A stretch of 64,000 nt of DNA from Malacoraja senta (lineage: Eukaryota), in NCBI GenBank assembly GCA_038087875.1, contig CM075991.1:11038001-11102000 (forward strand), read 5' to 3'. The notes under the pieces are model-generated. The model worked only from the letters and a program-made list of their open reading frames with translations, had not been told where the DNA came from and searched no databases. Made by a program: the position numbers and the translations under genes. Shown here piece by piece: positions 50,401-61,808 of the stretch; positions within the stretch are counted from its first letter, which is position 1, and every line of letters starts with the position of its first letter.

Positions 50401-51920
50401 AAAAGTCTTATAAGTTTGGCAGATAATAATTTATTTAATTTAAATTTCAAAATTATTATTTTATTATGTTTATCTATTGATGGATCTTTAGCATTATCTA
50501 TATCCATTTGTCTAATAAGTTCTTCTAACTGTCTTTGTTCATTCTTATTCTTTTTATTTTGAAAAGCTTGATATGAAATTATAATACCCCTAATGTATGC
50601 TTTAAAAGATTCCCATAATACAGTAGACGATATATCTGGAGTATCATTTATTTGAAAAAAGGCCTCCATTTGTTCTTTTAAATATATACTCGCTTGTGGA
50701 TCTTTTAGAATTTGAGAATTAAATCTCCAAAACGATTTATTCTTAAACATTCCTTCCAGTTTTAAAAAGAAAGTTAGTGGAGAATGGTCTGAAATCGAAT
50801 TTGTGTGGTATATTGGGTTAGATGTTTGAGGGATTAATTTTGTATCCAGCAGGAAGTAGTCTATACGTGAGTATGTCTTATGTACCATTGAATAAAACGA
50901 GTATTCCCTGCCAGTTGGATTAACAATTCTCCAAACATCTGCTATATTAGTATTGTTTATATAAGTATTGATAAGTTCCCCGGTTTTCGATTTCATATTC
51001 CCTCTCTGTTTTTGGCTTGATTTATCTAAGTACGGATCTAAAACACAGTTAAAGTCTCCTCCTATTATAACATTTTGATAGTTAAACTCTGCAATTATGT
51101 TGAAAATTTTATTGAAAAAGTGGGGGTTGTCAAAGTTAGGGGCATATATATTTACCAAGGTAAGTGGAGTATCATGGATTTCTCCATTAACTATTAAGTA
51201 TCTCCCTTCTATATCTGTTATGATATTCTTTGCTTTAAATGGTATACCTTTTCTTATAATGATTGACGTGCCTCTAGATTTCGAAGTGAATGAAGAATGG
51301 TATGTTTGACCTATCCATTTCGCGCTCAACCTAACTTGATCCTGAGATTTTAAGTGTGTTTCTTGTAAGAAGATAATGTCGGAGTTGTACAGTTTCAGCT
51401 GAGCTAGTATCTTACCCCTTTTAATAGGTTCGTTAATACCTCTTATATTCCAACTACAAAATGAGATTCCTCCTAGGTTCTTTTGTTTGGTGTCATGCAT
51501 TTTGAATAATTATAGTACCTTTAAATCTTGTGGTGCATCCATATCCCAGGTCTTTGGGTATTGGGGGAACTTTTGAGTTTTTAAGTTTTGTTGGTATATC
51601 CATTTTACGCTTATCACTAAACACAAAACACAAACATGTGATTTTATGTGATAATAAACAAAAAACTAAAAAAGTGAAGATACAGTGTCTGATATAGTCG
51701 ACACTGTAGCGAGTGTCCCACCTGTAGGTGGGAAAAAACCTTGTTTTGACTTCCATTGTGTTGTTAAACAAATAGCTCCGCTCTCTTGGTTAATCATAAC
51801 ATATTAAAATATTAAAACGGGGCCTCACATTCAGATATATAATACAATTTTACCCTATATATTTCATTATAACATATATATATATCGCAATTTTAACTAC
51901 TAATTATTAAACCGATTAAA
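47428..51920 (-). mobile_element. L1-clade LINE, 5'-truncated (no ORF1), with poly(A) tail and TSD
   Basis: Poly(T) at about 47424-47441 on the plus strand; 10-bp TSD tcaatgtttt (47418-47427, 51921-51930); empty paralogous site at about 13961-13995; very AT-rich. Confidence 0.92.
48102..51500 (-). CDS. L1 ORF2p (APE endonuclease plus reverse transcriptase), 1132 aa, frameshifted near the C-terminal Cys-rich domain
   Basis: SWNIRG, FLQETH, NIYAPN, GGDFN, YSRIDY, SDH; QGPDG, LDAEKAFD, GNRQGCSLSP, LYADD. The C-terminus continues in other frames to about 47746 (WSAFIELLQI). Confidence 0.88.
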   Translation of the reverse strand: MHDTKQKNLGGISFCSWNIRGINEPIKRGKILAQLKLYNSDIIFLQETHLKSQDQVRLSAKWIGQTYHSSFTSKSRGTSIIIRKGIPFKAKNIITDIEGRYLIVNGEIHDTPLTLVNIYAPNFDNPHFFNKIFNIIAEFNYQNVIIGGDFNCVLDPYLDKSSQKQRGNMKSKTGELINTYINNTNIADVWRIVNPTGREYSFYSMVHKTYSRIDYFLLDTKLIPQTSNPIYHTNSISDHSPLTFFLKLEGMFKNKSFWRFNSQILKDPQASIYLKEQMEAFFQINDTPDISSTVLWESFKAYIRGIIISYQAFQNKKNKNEQRQLEELIRQMDIDNAKDPSIDKHNKIIILKFKLNKLLSAKLIRLFQITKQEHFEFGDKPHKLLARQLKKREEEHTIPKIKSDKGELLTTPKDINKRFAQFYENLYTSKTTIDSNNITKFLDNCNLPKLELKEQEELGAQISIKELEDTINSLKNGKTQGPDGFTNEFYKSFYDKIIPRLQKMYQYAFKKRILPDTLAESTITLIPKKNKDLEEPGSYRAIALLNTDQKILAKTLARRLSKYISKLINPDQTGFIPKRYSSNNMRRLLNIMHSHKSEDQELSIISLDAEKAFDQVEWNYMDKVLQKFQLGENFILWIKLLYNKPTARILTNNILSSKFQLSRGNRQGCSLSPQLFALIIEPLAEKIRIHPDIHGYNTKDSYNKISLYADDILLYITKPQITIPIILNLIEDFGSFSGYRINWNKSEIMSIKPKDSTHLLKFPFKIATEKFKYLGIEITRTYQGMSKANFDPLLNKLNTLIKFWKTLPVSLIGQINAIKMIFLPQILYLFQSIPIYLPKKFKKKLDSDITNFIWDYKSHRIQKTHLNKPKVLGGLALPNVMYYYWSVNIKNMIQLMDNSAQQVDWIVMEKEDCSSGNIGAILLSPMKLNNINYNKNPIIHSTIRIWKQIKQNLKLRNVSLLLPIVNNPSFNPSIIDKAFTHWDRLGIKTLGDLHETGKLLSFQQIQIKYKLGNNQYFKYFQICDYLKKYTKDHYNNPVDVLDEAMQIKAESANLISSTEGIRRDWEQELAIKISKESWNEHLLNVHKCSINVRHTLIQFKMLHRLYYSKTKIHKISQIYHLFVINVNPKKLL

Positions 51921-52888
51921 TCAATGTTTTGACTGAAATCCTTAGCTTAGCTTAGAATAGAGATATACCGCGGAAACATATGATAGTCCCGCCATCCCGG
52001 GAATTAACCTCGTGAACCTACACTGCACTCCCTCAATAGCAAGAATGTCCTTCTTCAAATTTGGAGAATAAAACTGCACACAATACTCCAGGTGTGGTCA
52101 TACTAGGGCCCTATACAACTGCAGAAGGACCTCTTTGCTCCTATACTTATGATTCTATCCTTATGACTCTCTATTGAAGCCGCCAATGGTCATGCAGTAA
52201 ATAAGGCAATTGTGAATAAAAGTGAAGTTGTCAACATTCGTCCGACAAGTGATCAACGTCGCTCCGTGTGTTACCTTCTGATATTAATAAACTTTGAGCA
52301 TTTGTGTTCATTCTACAAGCTTGGATTCTGGATTGTCTTCAAAATGGTCAGCGCGTTCTTCAGGTTACCTTTTGTCTTTTTTAGGAGCAGTCTACTCCGT
52401 CATTCAATCATGGCCGATGTATCTCTCCCCCCTAACCCCATTCTCCTTCCATCTCCCCATAACCCCTGACTCCCGTACTAATCAAGAATCTATCTATCTC
52501 TGCCTTAAAAATATCCACTGACTTGGCCTCCTCAGCCTTCTGTGGCAAAGAATTTCACTGGTTCTGGTAGCTCTGTGAATATGATTACAGATACGATTGG
52601 TCTGCAAATCAGAGTAAAAATCCCCAGACCTCTTAATGATGGCAGCCTAATGGGGATTTATTTGGAAAATTTGTGTTTTCTGAAAAAAATACAAAACAAC
52701 TTTAAAATAGCCTGTAAAGCAGCTTCTGCTGTTGGTTCATTAAGTCAGGTTATCTAATTAAATATAACAGAGTGCACTCCAACTAAGTGTCCCAGCAGAC
52801 CATCCATTTTCATATAAGGGAGGTCTCGTGCAACCAAACTGACACCTTGCAGACATAGCCTAATGGGCAACTGTCCTTGACGCATAAC

Positions 52889-54359
52889 ATGGGCTATCCG
52901 GTCATCTTTGTGTTTGAAAGTATCTACTATCCTATTCTTGCAGCAGTCGGCATCACAGGTAAGGAATGGAACCAGTCACTGTGCATGTTTTTTTGTGAAT
53001 ATTCCTAAGTTCATGAATTCATTCGGTCTAGGAGCAGAATTAGGCAATTCGACCCATCAAGCCTACTCTGCCATTCTATCGTGCTATATCTATCATTCTC
53101 TCTCAGCCACATTCTTCTGTCTTCGCCACATAACCCCCGACACCTATACTAATCAAGAATCGATCAATCTCCATCTTAAAAATATCCATTGGCTTGGCCC
53201 TCACAGCCGTCTGTGGCAATGAATTCCACAGATTCACCACCCTTGTGTGAATGTGTACATGTTTCCCTTTCTTCTCCTGTACTGCAACATCCCAACATGT
53301 ATTCACATAGGGTGGAAGCAGAGAGTATGTGTGTGTGTCAGAGATGTTTTGCAAGCGCGATATATTTCCATTATCTGCAATGTGGTCACCACTGGACTCG
53401 ACACAGGCACTGATTTACTTCCAGAGGAAGGTGATAATTTCCTTTCCCTTTCTGTTGCAGTTAACTTGGTGGCGATCGTCATCCTGTCCCGGGGAAAATG
53501 CGGACTCTCCAAATGTATTACACGCTATCTGGTTTCCATGGCTGTGGCCGATGTAATGGTGGTGATCGTCGAAGTCATACTGAAGCGGATTAACAACATT
53601 TATTTGCCGATAAATATTTTGTTCATCACTCCAGTCTGTGCCATGAAACTAGTCTTAAAACAGGCAGCCCTGGATTGCTCTGTCTGGTTCACTGTCGCTT
53701 TTACCTTTGATCGGCTTGTGGCCATTTCCTTTCCAAACCTCAGACCAAGGTATTGTACCACAAGGACAGCAAGTGTGGTTATAGCAAGCGCGACGGCACT
53801 GGCCTGTTTGAGCAGCATCCCTTATTATTTTACGTATGAACCCGGATATAAAATTAACAACATCCCGTATTTGTGCGTTGAAACCGCTGCCTACAATACC
53901 TCGCCTGTCTGGGTGGGCATTGAGTGGTTCGACAGTATCTTAAACCCTTTATTACCAATATTCCTCATCCTTCTGTTCAACGCCCTGACCGTCAAACATA
54001 TCATAAGGTCCAATAAAATCCGTAGGGCGCTCATGAGTAACGTTGATGAAGGCAATGATTCTGAGAGCGAGAACCGTAAGAAGTCCATGATTTTGCTCTT
54101 TACTCTGTCTGCCAATTTCATCCTCCTCTGGACACCGTATTTTATACATTCCTTAAACTGGCAAATGATAAACTACAATTACACAGACAAGTATTACACC
54201 AACCCGATATTCATCAACCAGCAAACAGGGTTCATGTTGCAACTACTGAGCTCCTGCACCAACACTTGTATCTATGGACTGACACAGAGGAAGTTCAGAC
54301 AGGAGCTGAAAAATGGGGTGAAATATCTGGTTACACTGAATGGGAAACTCTGCAAATAG
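52889..54359 (+). CDS. GPR139-like GPCR copy 10 (type C); join(52889..52958,53461..54359), 322 aa
   Basis: Intact exons, 502-bp intron. Confidence 0.88.
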
Positions 54360-56323
54360 GTTGGCAATCTGTTATATCTGTAGGTTTGCCGTCATCGAAC
54401 TCTTCTGTACCTGTGGGATAATGGCTTGAAACAAGCTTGAGAAGGGATTAAATACATAGACAAACAGGAACAAAAATAGAATTTCTTGTCTCACTTCCTA
54501 GCCCTAATTTAATTGCTACATTAACCATGTTGGTTACATTTAAAAAAAAAAACAGTAAATGAACAAATTCAATGAGGGTGCGGTAAAGGGGAGGGATTAT
54601 AAAATAACATACTTTGGATATTTGTATGATTTTGGAGTATTTAGTAATGAATACTGACAACATTATTTCCCCCCGTCATTATTGGGGATAGGAGGGTGGG
54701 AGATTGCAACCTTTACATAGTCCGCCCTGTTTCGACCAATGCAATCAACCCGGCGTGCACAATCAAATAAGAACAAATAGAACAAGTTGTCCCTACAAGT
54801 TTAGGGTGTGCAAGCCATACGCAAGAAGAAGATTGGTGATAGGCTAATTTTACTAGTCTGAGATTAGATTATGCTGCAGTTGATAGGAAATAAGTATTTA
54901 AATGTAAAATGATGAAGGTTTCATTCTAATCATTTATGTGATCATGACTGATCATCCACAATCAGTACCCCCGTTCCTGCCTTCTCCCCATATCCCCTGA
55001 CTCCGCTATCTTTAAGAGCCCTATCTAACTCTCTCTTGAAAATGTCCTGAGAACCGGCCTCCACCGCCCTCTGAGGCAGAGAATTGCACATACTCACAAC
55101 CCTCTTTGAGAACAAGTATTTCCTCATCTAAGTTCTAAATGTCTTACCCCTTATTCTTAAACCATGGTCCCTGGATTCTGGACTCCCCCAACATCGGGAA
55201 TATGTTCCCGCCTCTAGCGTGTCCAAGCCCTTAATAATCTCATATGTTTCAATAAGACCCCTCTCATCGTTCTAAACTCCAGAGTACACACGCCCAGCCT
55301 CTCCATTCTCTCAACATATGACAGTTCCGCCATCCCGCGAATTAACCTCGTCAACCTACGCTGCACTCCCACAATAGCAAGAATGTCCTTCCTCAAATTT
55401 GGAGACCAAAACTGCACACAAAACTCCAGGTGTGGTCTTACAAGGGCCCTGTACAACCGCAGAAGGAGCTCTTTGCTCCTATACTTATGATTCTTCTCTT
55501 ATGACTCTCTATTGAGTCCACCAATAGTCATGCGGCAAAAAGACAATGATTATATTTGTAATAATTTGTAATAATTATAATATTTGTAATAATAGAGACA
55601 ATGACTCTCTATTGAAGCCACCAATGGCCATGCAGTAAATAAGGCAACTGTGAATAAAAGTGAAGTTGTCAACATTCGTCCGACAAGTGATCAACGTCGC
55701 TCCGTGTGTTACCTTCTGATATTAATAAACTGAGCATTTGTGTTCATTCTACAAGCTTGGATTCTGGATTGTCTTCAAAATGGTCAGCGCCGTTCTTCAG
55801 GTAACTTTTGTCTTTTTTAGGAGCAGTCTACTCCGTCATTCAATCATGGCTGATGTATCTCTCCCCTCTAACCCCATTCTCCTTCCATCTCCCCATAACC
55901 CCTGACTCGCATACTAATCAAGAATCTATCTATCTCTGCCTTAAAAATATCCACTGACTTGGCCTCCTCAGCCTTCTGTGGCAAAGAATTTCACTGGTTC
56001 TGGTAGCTCTTTGAATATGATTACAGATACGATTGGTCTGCAAATCAGAGTAAAAATCCCCAGACCTCTTAATGTGGCAGCCTTGTGGGGATTTATTTTA
56101 AAAATTTGTGTTATCTGAAAAAAATACAAAACAAATTTAAAATAGGCTGTAAAGCAGCTTCTGCTGTTGGTTCATTAAGTCAAGTTATCTAATTAAATAT
56201 AACAGAGTGCACTCCAACTAAGTGTCCCAGCAGACCATCCATTTTCATATAAGGGAGGTCTCGTGTAACCAAATTGACACCTTGCAGACATCGCCCAATG
56301 GGCAACTGTCCTTGACGCATAAC

Positions 56324-58121
56324 ATGGGCTATCCGGTCATCTTTGTGTTTGAAAGTATCTACTATCCTATTCTTGCAGCAGTCGGCATCACAGGTAAGGA
56401 ATGGAACCAGTCACTGTGCATGATATTGTGAATGTTCCTGAGTTCATTTGGTCTAGGAGCAGAATTAAGCAATTCGACCCATCAAGTCTACTCTGCCATT
56501 CAATCATGGTTGATCTATCATTCTCTCTCAGTCCCATTCTTCTGCCTTCGCCCCATAACCCCTGACACCTTTACATGTTTCCCTCTCTTCTCCTGTACTG
56601 CACAACCCAACATTTATTGTCATAGGGTGGAAGCAGAGAGTATGTGTGTGTCAGAGATGTTTTACAAACGCGATATATTTCCATTATCTGCAATAAGAGG
56701 CCACCACTGTACTCGCCCCCTCACTTCACCGCCCCCCTCCCCCTTCCCCCTTCTTTGCAGGCAGCATACAAAGGGGCGACCGTCCCCGACTGCCTCGCAC
56801 ATACTTCCATCCCCACCAGCAACCATTCTGCTTTGGCTGACATTCTCTTATAAAGCACATCATCCCCCTATGTTTTGACAAAAAGTTTCGAACTGAAATA
56901 TTTCTTTCACCGCAGATGCTTCCCGAGCCTTGACCTGTTAATATCGGCATGTTCTGTCTTTATTTCAGATGACCTATACTTGATAATTTTTAGGAGCAGT
57001 ATTAGGCTGCTCGGCCCATCAAGTCTATTCCGCCATTCAATTATGACAGATCTATCTTTCTCTCCCTCAACCCCATTCACCTGCCTTCTCCCCATTACCC
57101 CTAACACCCGTACTAAAGATAGTTTGTTTTATACTTTACAGGAAGTTAGTAATCTGTTTCTGACCCCGGCACTGATTTGTTTCCAGAGGCAGGTGATAAT
57201 CTCCTTTCCCTTTCTGTTGCAGTTAACTTGGTGGCGATCGTCATCCTGTCCCGGGGAAAATGCGGACTCTCCAAATGTATTACACGCTCTCTGGTTGCCA
57301 TGGCTGTGGCCGATGTAATGGTGGTGATCGTCGAAGTCATACTGAAGCGGATTAACAACATTTATTTGTCGATAAATATTTTGTTCATCACTCCAGTCTG
57401 TGCCATGAAACTAGTCTTAAAACAGGCAGCCCTGGATTGCTCTGTCTGGTTCACTGTCGCTTTTAACTTTGATCGTCTTGTGGCCATTTCCTCTCCAACC
57501 CTCAGACCAAGGTATTGTACCACAAGGACAGCAAGTGTGGTTATAGCAAGCGCGACGGCACTGGCCCGTTTGAGGAGCATCCCATATTATTCTATGTATG
57601 AACCCAGATATATAAATAACAACATCGCGTATTTCTGCGTTGAAACCGCTGCCTACTATACTTCGCCTTTCTGGGTGGGCATTGAGTGGTTCGACAATAT
57701 CTTAAACCCTTTCGTTCCAATCTTCCTCGTCCTTCTGTTCAACGCCCTGACCGTCAAACATATCATAAGGTCCAATAAAATCCGTAGGGCGCTCATGAGT
57801 AACGTTGATGAAGGCAAGGATTCTGACAGCGAGAACCGTAAGAAGTCCATGATTTTGCTCTTTACTCTGTCTGCCAATTTCATCCTCCTCTGGACACCAT
57901 ATTTTATACATTCCATAAACTGGCAAATGACAAACTACAATTACGCAGACAAGTATTACACCAACCCGATTTTCATCAACCAGCAAACAGGATTCATGTT
58001 GCAACTACTGAGCTCCTGCACCAACATTTGTATCTATGGACTGACACAGAGGAAGTTCAGACAGGAGCTGAAAAATGGGGTGAAATATCTGGTTACACTG
58101 AATGGGAAACTCTGCAAATAG
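56324..58121 (+). CDS. GPR139-like GPCR copy 11 (type E), open but with many non-conservative changes; join(56324..56393,57223..58121), 322 aa
   Basis: Frame and splice sites intact; substitutions at otherwise invariant sites (TRSL, YLSI, AFNFDR, LARLR, NIAYF, TNICIY). Confidence 0.75.
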
Positions 58122-59770
58122 GTTGGCAATCTGTTATATCTGTAGGTTTGCCATCATCGAACTCTTCTGTACCTGTGGGATAATGGCTTGAAACAAGCTT
58201 GAGAAGGGATTAAATACATAGACAAACAGGAACAAAAATAGAATTTCTTGTCTCACTTCCTAGCCCTAATGTAATTGATACATTAACCATGTTAGTTACA
58301 TTATTTTTTTAAAACAGTAAATTAACAAATTGAATGAGGGTGCGGTAAAGGGGAGGGATTATAAAATAACATACTTCGGTTATTTGTATGATTTTGGAGT
58401 ATTTAGCAATGAATACTGACAACATTATTTCCCCCCGTCATTATTGGGGATAGGAGGGTGGGAGATTGCAACCTTTACATAGTCCGCCCTGTTTCGACCA
58501 ATGCAATCAACCCGGCGTGCACAATCAAATAAGAACAAATAGAACAAGTTGTCCCTACAACTTTAGGCTGTGCAAGCCATACGCAAGAAGAAGATTGGTG
58601 ATAGGCTAATTTTACTAGTCTGAGATTAGATTATGCTGCAGTTGATAGGAAATAAGTATTTAAATGTAAAATGATGAAGGTTTCATTCTAATCATTTATG
58701 TGATCATTGATCATCCACAATCAGTTCCTGCCTTCTCCCCATATCCCCTGACTCCGCTATCTTTAAGAGCCCTATCTAACTCTCTCTTGAAAGTGTCCTG
58801 AGAACCGTCCTCCACCGCCCTCTGAGGCAGAGAATTCCACAGACTCACAACCATCTTTGAGAACAAGTATTTCCTCATCTAAGTTCTAAATGTCTTACCC
58901 CTTATTCTTAAACTGTGGTCCCTGGATTCTGGACTCCCCCAACATCGGGAATATGTTCCCGCCTCTAGCGTGTCCAAGCCCTTAATAATCACACATCATC
59001 TCCACTATGTTTTGACAAAAAGTTTCGAACTGAAATATTTCTCTCCCCGCAGATGCCGCCCGAGCCTTTACCTGTTAATATCGGCATGTTCTGTCTATAT
59101 TTCAGATGACCTATACTTGATAATTTGTAGGATCAGTATTAGGCTGCTCGGCCCATCAAGTCTATTCCGCCATTCAATTATGACAGATCTATCTTTCTCT
59201 CCCTCAACCCCTCAAAGGGAGAAAAAATGGAGAGAGGGGAAGAGAGGTGGTGAAAGAGATGGGAGAGAGATGGAAGAGAGGAGGGAAGAAGAGAGAGAGG
59301 GAAGGAGGTACAGAGAAAGGAGACAGGGAACGAGGGCGAGGGGCAAGACTGAGAAGAGAAACACGTGTGGAGAGACAGGGAGGAAGAGAGAGACAGAGAG
59401 AGGGAGAGGGGGGGAGAGAGGAATAGAGAAAGAACAATACACAGAAAGAGGTAGTGAAAGAAAGAGATGGAGATATAGAGTGACAGGGGAGAACAGAGTG
59501 AAGCTTCAGATGAAATGTCCACAACAGTGAATGAAAAGACGATGTTCAAGAAATCTCATAATTTACTGAAGGGACTCAGGAAGCCAAACCACACCGTGGA
59601 AGACGTTAAAGGAGATGCGGTGATACAGGGGAGTGCAAACTTACCGGGGGCTCTTCTTTAATTTAGTAGGGATACACAGACCAATATTCATAGGAGCAGG
59701 CCATTGAGCTCAAGATATCTGTATCTACAATGATGCCAACCAATACCGTGTATATACATGTGCCTGTACA

Positions 59771-60269
59771 GGTTCACTATCGCTTTTACCTTTGATCGTG
59801 TTGTGGCCATTTCTCTACAAACTTCAGACCAAGGTATTGTACCACAAGGACAGCAAGTGTGGTTATAGCAAGTGCTACGGCACTGGCCTGTTTGAGGACC
59901 GTGAAACATATCATAAGGTCCATTAAAATCCGTAGGGCGCTCATGAGTAACGTTGATGAAGGCAATGATTCCGAGAGCGAGAACCGTAAGAAGTCCATGA
60001 TTTTGCTCTTTACTCTGTCTGCCAATTTCATCCTCCTCTGGGCACCATATTTGATACATTCCATAAACTGGCAAGTGACAAACTACAATTACACAGACAA
60101 GTATTACACCAACCCGATATTCATCAACCAGCAAACAGGGTTCATGTTGCAACTACTGAGCTCCTGCACCAACACTTGTATCTATGGACTAACACAGAGG
60201 ATGTTCTGACAGGAGCTGAAAAATGGGGTGAAATATCTGGTTACCTTGAATGGGAAACTCTGCAAATAG
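59771..60269 (+). pseudogene. Truncated receptor pseudogene fragment psi-D (essentially identical to psi-A)
   Basis: Offset 41701 from psi-A; same lesions, TGA at 60207-60209. Confidence 0.9.
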
Positions 60270-61808
60270 GTTTGCAATCTGTTAGACTGTAGGTTTGCCG
60301 TCATCGAACTCTTCTGTAGGTGTGGGATAATGGCTTGAAACAAGCTTGAGAAGGGATAGACAAACTGGAACAAAATGATACATAGAAAAACTGGAACAAA
60401 AATGGAATTTCTTGTCTCAGTTGCTACCCCTAATTTAAATAATATATTAAACATGTTGGTAAAAAAAAATTTTAAGTCAGTGAATGAACAAATTGAATGA
60501 AGGTGCGGTAAAGGGGAAGGAATATAAAATAACATTTTTTTTGTATGTTTTTGGAGTATTTAGCAATGAATACTGACAACATCTAACTCTCTCTTGAAAG
60601 TATCCTGATGAAGCGCCCTCCACTGCCCTCCACCGCCCTCTGAGGCAGAGAATTCCACAGACTCACAACTCTCTGTGAGAAAAAGTATTTCTCATCTCCG
60701 TTCTAAATGTCTTACCCCTTATTCTTAAACTGTGGTCCCTGGATTCTGGACTCCCCCAACATGGCGAATAAGTTCCCTGCCTCTAGCGTGTCCAAGCCCT
60801 TAATAATCTCATATGTTTCAATAAGTCCCCTCTCATCATTCTAAATTCCAGAGTATACACGCCCAGCCGCTCCATTCTCTCAGATTATGACAGTTCCGCC
60901 ATCCCGCGAATTAACCTCGTCAACCTACGCTGCACTCCCTCAATAGCAAGAATGTCCTTCCTCAAATTTGGAGACCAAAACTGCACACAATACTCCAGGT
61001 GTGGTCTTACAAGGGCCCTGTACAACTGCAGAAGGACCTCTTTGCTCCTATACTTAAGACTTCTCTTATGACTCTCTATTGAGTCCACCAATGCGGCAAA
61101 AAGACAATTGTGAATAAAAGTGAAGTTGTCAACATTCGTCCAACAAGAGATCAACGTCGCTCTGTGTGTTACCTTCTGATATGAATAAACTTTGAGCATT
61201 TGTGTGCATTCTACAATCTTAGTTTCTGGATTGTCTTCAAAACGGTCAGCGCCGTCCTTCAGATAACTGCTGTCTCTTTAAGGAGCAGACTTGGGCCATT
61301 CGACTCTTCAAGTCTACTCCGCCATTCAATCATGGCTGATCTATCGCTCCCCCCTAACCCCATTCTCCTGCCCTCTCCCCAGAACCTCTGACGCCCGTAC
61401 TCATCAAGAATCTATCTATCTCTGACTTAAAAATATCCACTGACTTGGCCTCCTCAGCCTTCTGTGGCAAATAATTCCACTGATTCTGGTAGCTCTGCGA
61501 ATATGATTACAGAGACGATTTGTCTGCAAATCAGATTAAAAATCCCCAGACCTCTTAATGTGGGAGCCTTGTGGGGATTTATTTGGAAAATTTGTGTTTT
61601 CTGAAAAAAATACAAAACAACTTTAAAATAGCCTGTAAACATCTTCTGCCGGTGGTTCATTAACTCAGGTTATTTAATTACATATAACAGAGTGCACTCC
61701 AACCAAGTGTCCCAGCAGACCATCCCTTTACATATAAGGGAGGTCTCGTGTAGCCAAACTGACACCTTGCAGACATCGGCTAATGGGCAACTGTCCTTGA
61801 CGCATAAC

